Shown here piece after piece: positions 63,276 through 64,000 of a DNA stretch of 64,000 bases. The notes below the pieces were generated by a model, which was not told where the DNA came from, did not search any database, and saw nothing but the letters and a program-made list of their open reading frames with translations. Made by a program: the position numbers and the translations under genes. This stretch comes from Vitrella brassicaformis CCMP3155 (lineage: Eukaryota > Protista > Chromerida): positions 1 through 64,000 of the forward strand of contig CDMY01000342.1 in NCBI GenBank assembly GCA_001179505.1, read 5' to 3'. Each line of letters starts with the position of its first letter. Position 1 is the stretch's first letter.

Positions 63276-63490
63276 GGGCGTTGGCATACAGACCTCTTTA
63301 AGACAAAGCTCTACAGTCAATACTCGTCCTTCCAGGGCATCGCCAAGTTGGCAGAAAAGCCGTGGACACAGAGAGAGAGTGAGTGCGTGCAGGGGTGAGT
63401 GGGGGCGAGTGGGGGTGCAAGGGGGTGTCCATCAGATGCACACACACACAGACAACACACACAGACTCAGACAGACAGACAGACACGCTC

Positions 63491-63762
63491 GGCTCGGCCC
63501 TTCGGGCCTCGCCTTCGCCTGAGTGACACACACACACACACACACGCACAGAGAGAGAGAGAGAGGGAGAGACAATCGAATGATTGCAGGGGGTGTGTCC
63601 ATGCGATGCACACACACGACAGACACACAGACAGAGAGAAAGAGTGCGCTCAGGCTCGGCCCTTCGGGCCTCGCCTTCGCATGGACGACACACAGACACA
63701 GACACACACACCTGCCCATGCCTTGGCTCGTCTCGGCTCGGCCCTTCGGGCCTCGCCTTCGC
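63491..63762. repeat. Three identical 28-bp GC-rich units separated by microsatellite spacers
   Basis: GGCTCGGCCCTTCGGGCCTCGCCTTCGC at 63491-63518, 63653-63680 and 63735-63762. Confidence 0.9.
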
Positions 63763-63899
63763 CTGAGTGACACACACACAGAGAGGGAGGGAGGGAGGGA
63801 GGGAGGGAGGGATGGATGTGTGTGTGGGGGTCATGTGTGTGGGGGTCGTGTGTGTGGGGGTCGTGTGTGCGTGCTGCGCGGCCCTCAGCTCAGCGCCCG

Positions 63900-64000
63900 C
63901 CCTGCCCCGCAGGGTTTGACGTTGAGCCAGCCGCTGATGAGCATTTCCTCCTCATACTCGTTGTCGTCGATCATCCGCTCTCGCCTCTCGCGAAAGAAAG
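63900..64000 (-). CDS. Exon fragment of a gene entering from the right edge
   Basis: Open frame FRERRERMIDDNEYEEEMLISGWLNVKP with coding-like composition. Confidence 0.45.

Noticed and set aside
1-64000. Hundreds of ORFs rich in HTHT, VCVC, LSLS, RQTD or poly-X
   Set aside because: These are translations of intronic microsatellites, antisense frames of real exons, or N gaps.
1-64000. rRNA, tRNA or spliced-leader genes
   Set aside because: No cloverleaf, rRNA signature or spliced-leader sequence was recognised by eye; tRNAscan and Infernal were not run.

Overview
Eukaryotic, GC-rich, intron-dense draft sequence whose short introns are filled with (CA/TG)n, (GACA)n, (GGAT)n and (GCAG)n microsatellites. 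This style, an alveolate-type Rieske protein and an F-box-like family gene fit a chromerid such as Vitrella brassicaformis best (inference, not verified). Most ORFs in the supplied track are intron read-through, so gene models were spliced by hand. Recognisable genes: HOP1/HORMA, golgin-84-like, UBC6/UBE2J, an HMG-box protein, the 3' half of a plant-type PEX22, a CBM20 protein, mitochondrial Rieske Fe-S protein, a TTP-like tandem CCCH protein, eIF5, an SLC35A-type nucleotide-sugar transporter with a +1 frameshift, and a BAP31-like protein. There are also two low-complexity repeat proteins (one clearly, one possibly secreted). Two accessory regions stand out. (1) 16.6-30.1 kb is a gap-ridden patchwork of at least six decayed calpain-like gene fragments carrying telomere-type TTTAGGG motifs and joined to 3' exons of other genes; related sequence sits directly upstream of the BAP31-like gene. 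(2) 48.3-52.9 kb is a tandem duplication encoding two prepropeptides (signal peptide, acidic propiece, RRR site, then a 56- or 63-aa cationic amphipathic peptide ending in CGGPC) with the architecture of antimicrobial or cytolytic peptide precursors; this is the best candidate for an undescribed system. Also noted: poor-context uAUGs before eIF5 and a pair of inverted 78-bp hairpin elements. All family assignments are from motif recall; no database search was run.
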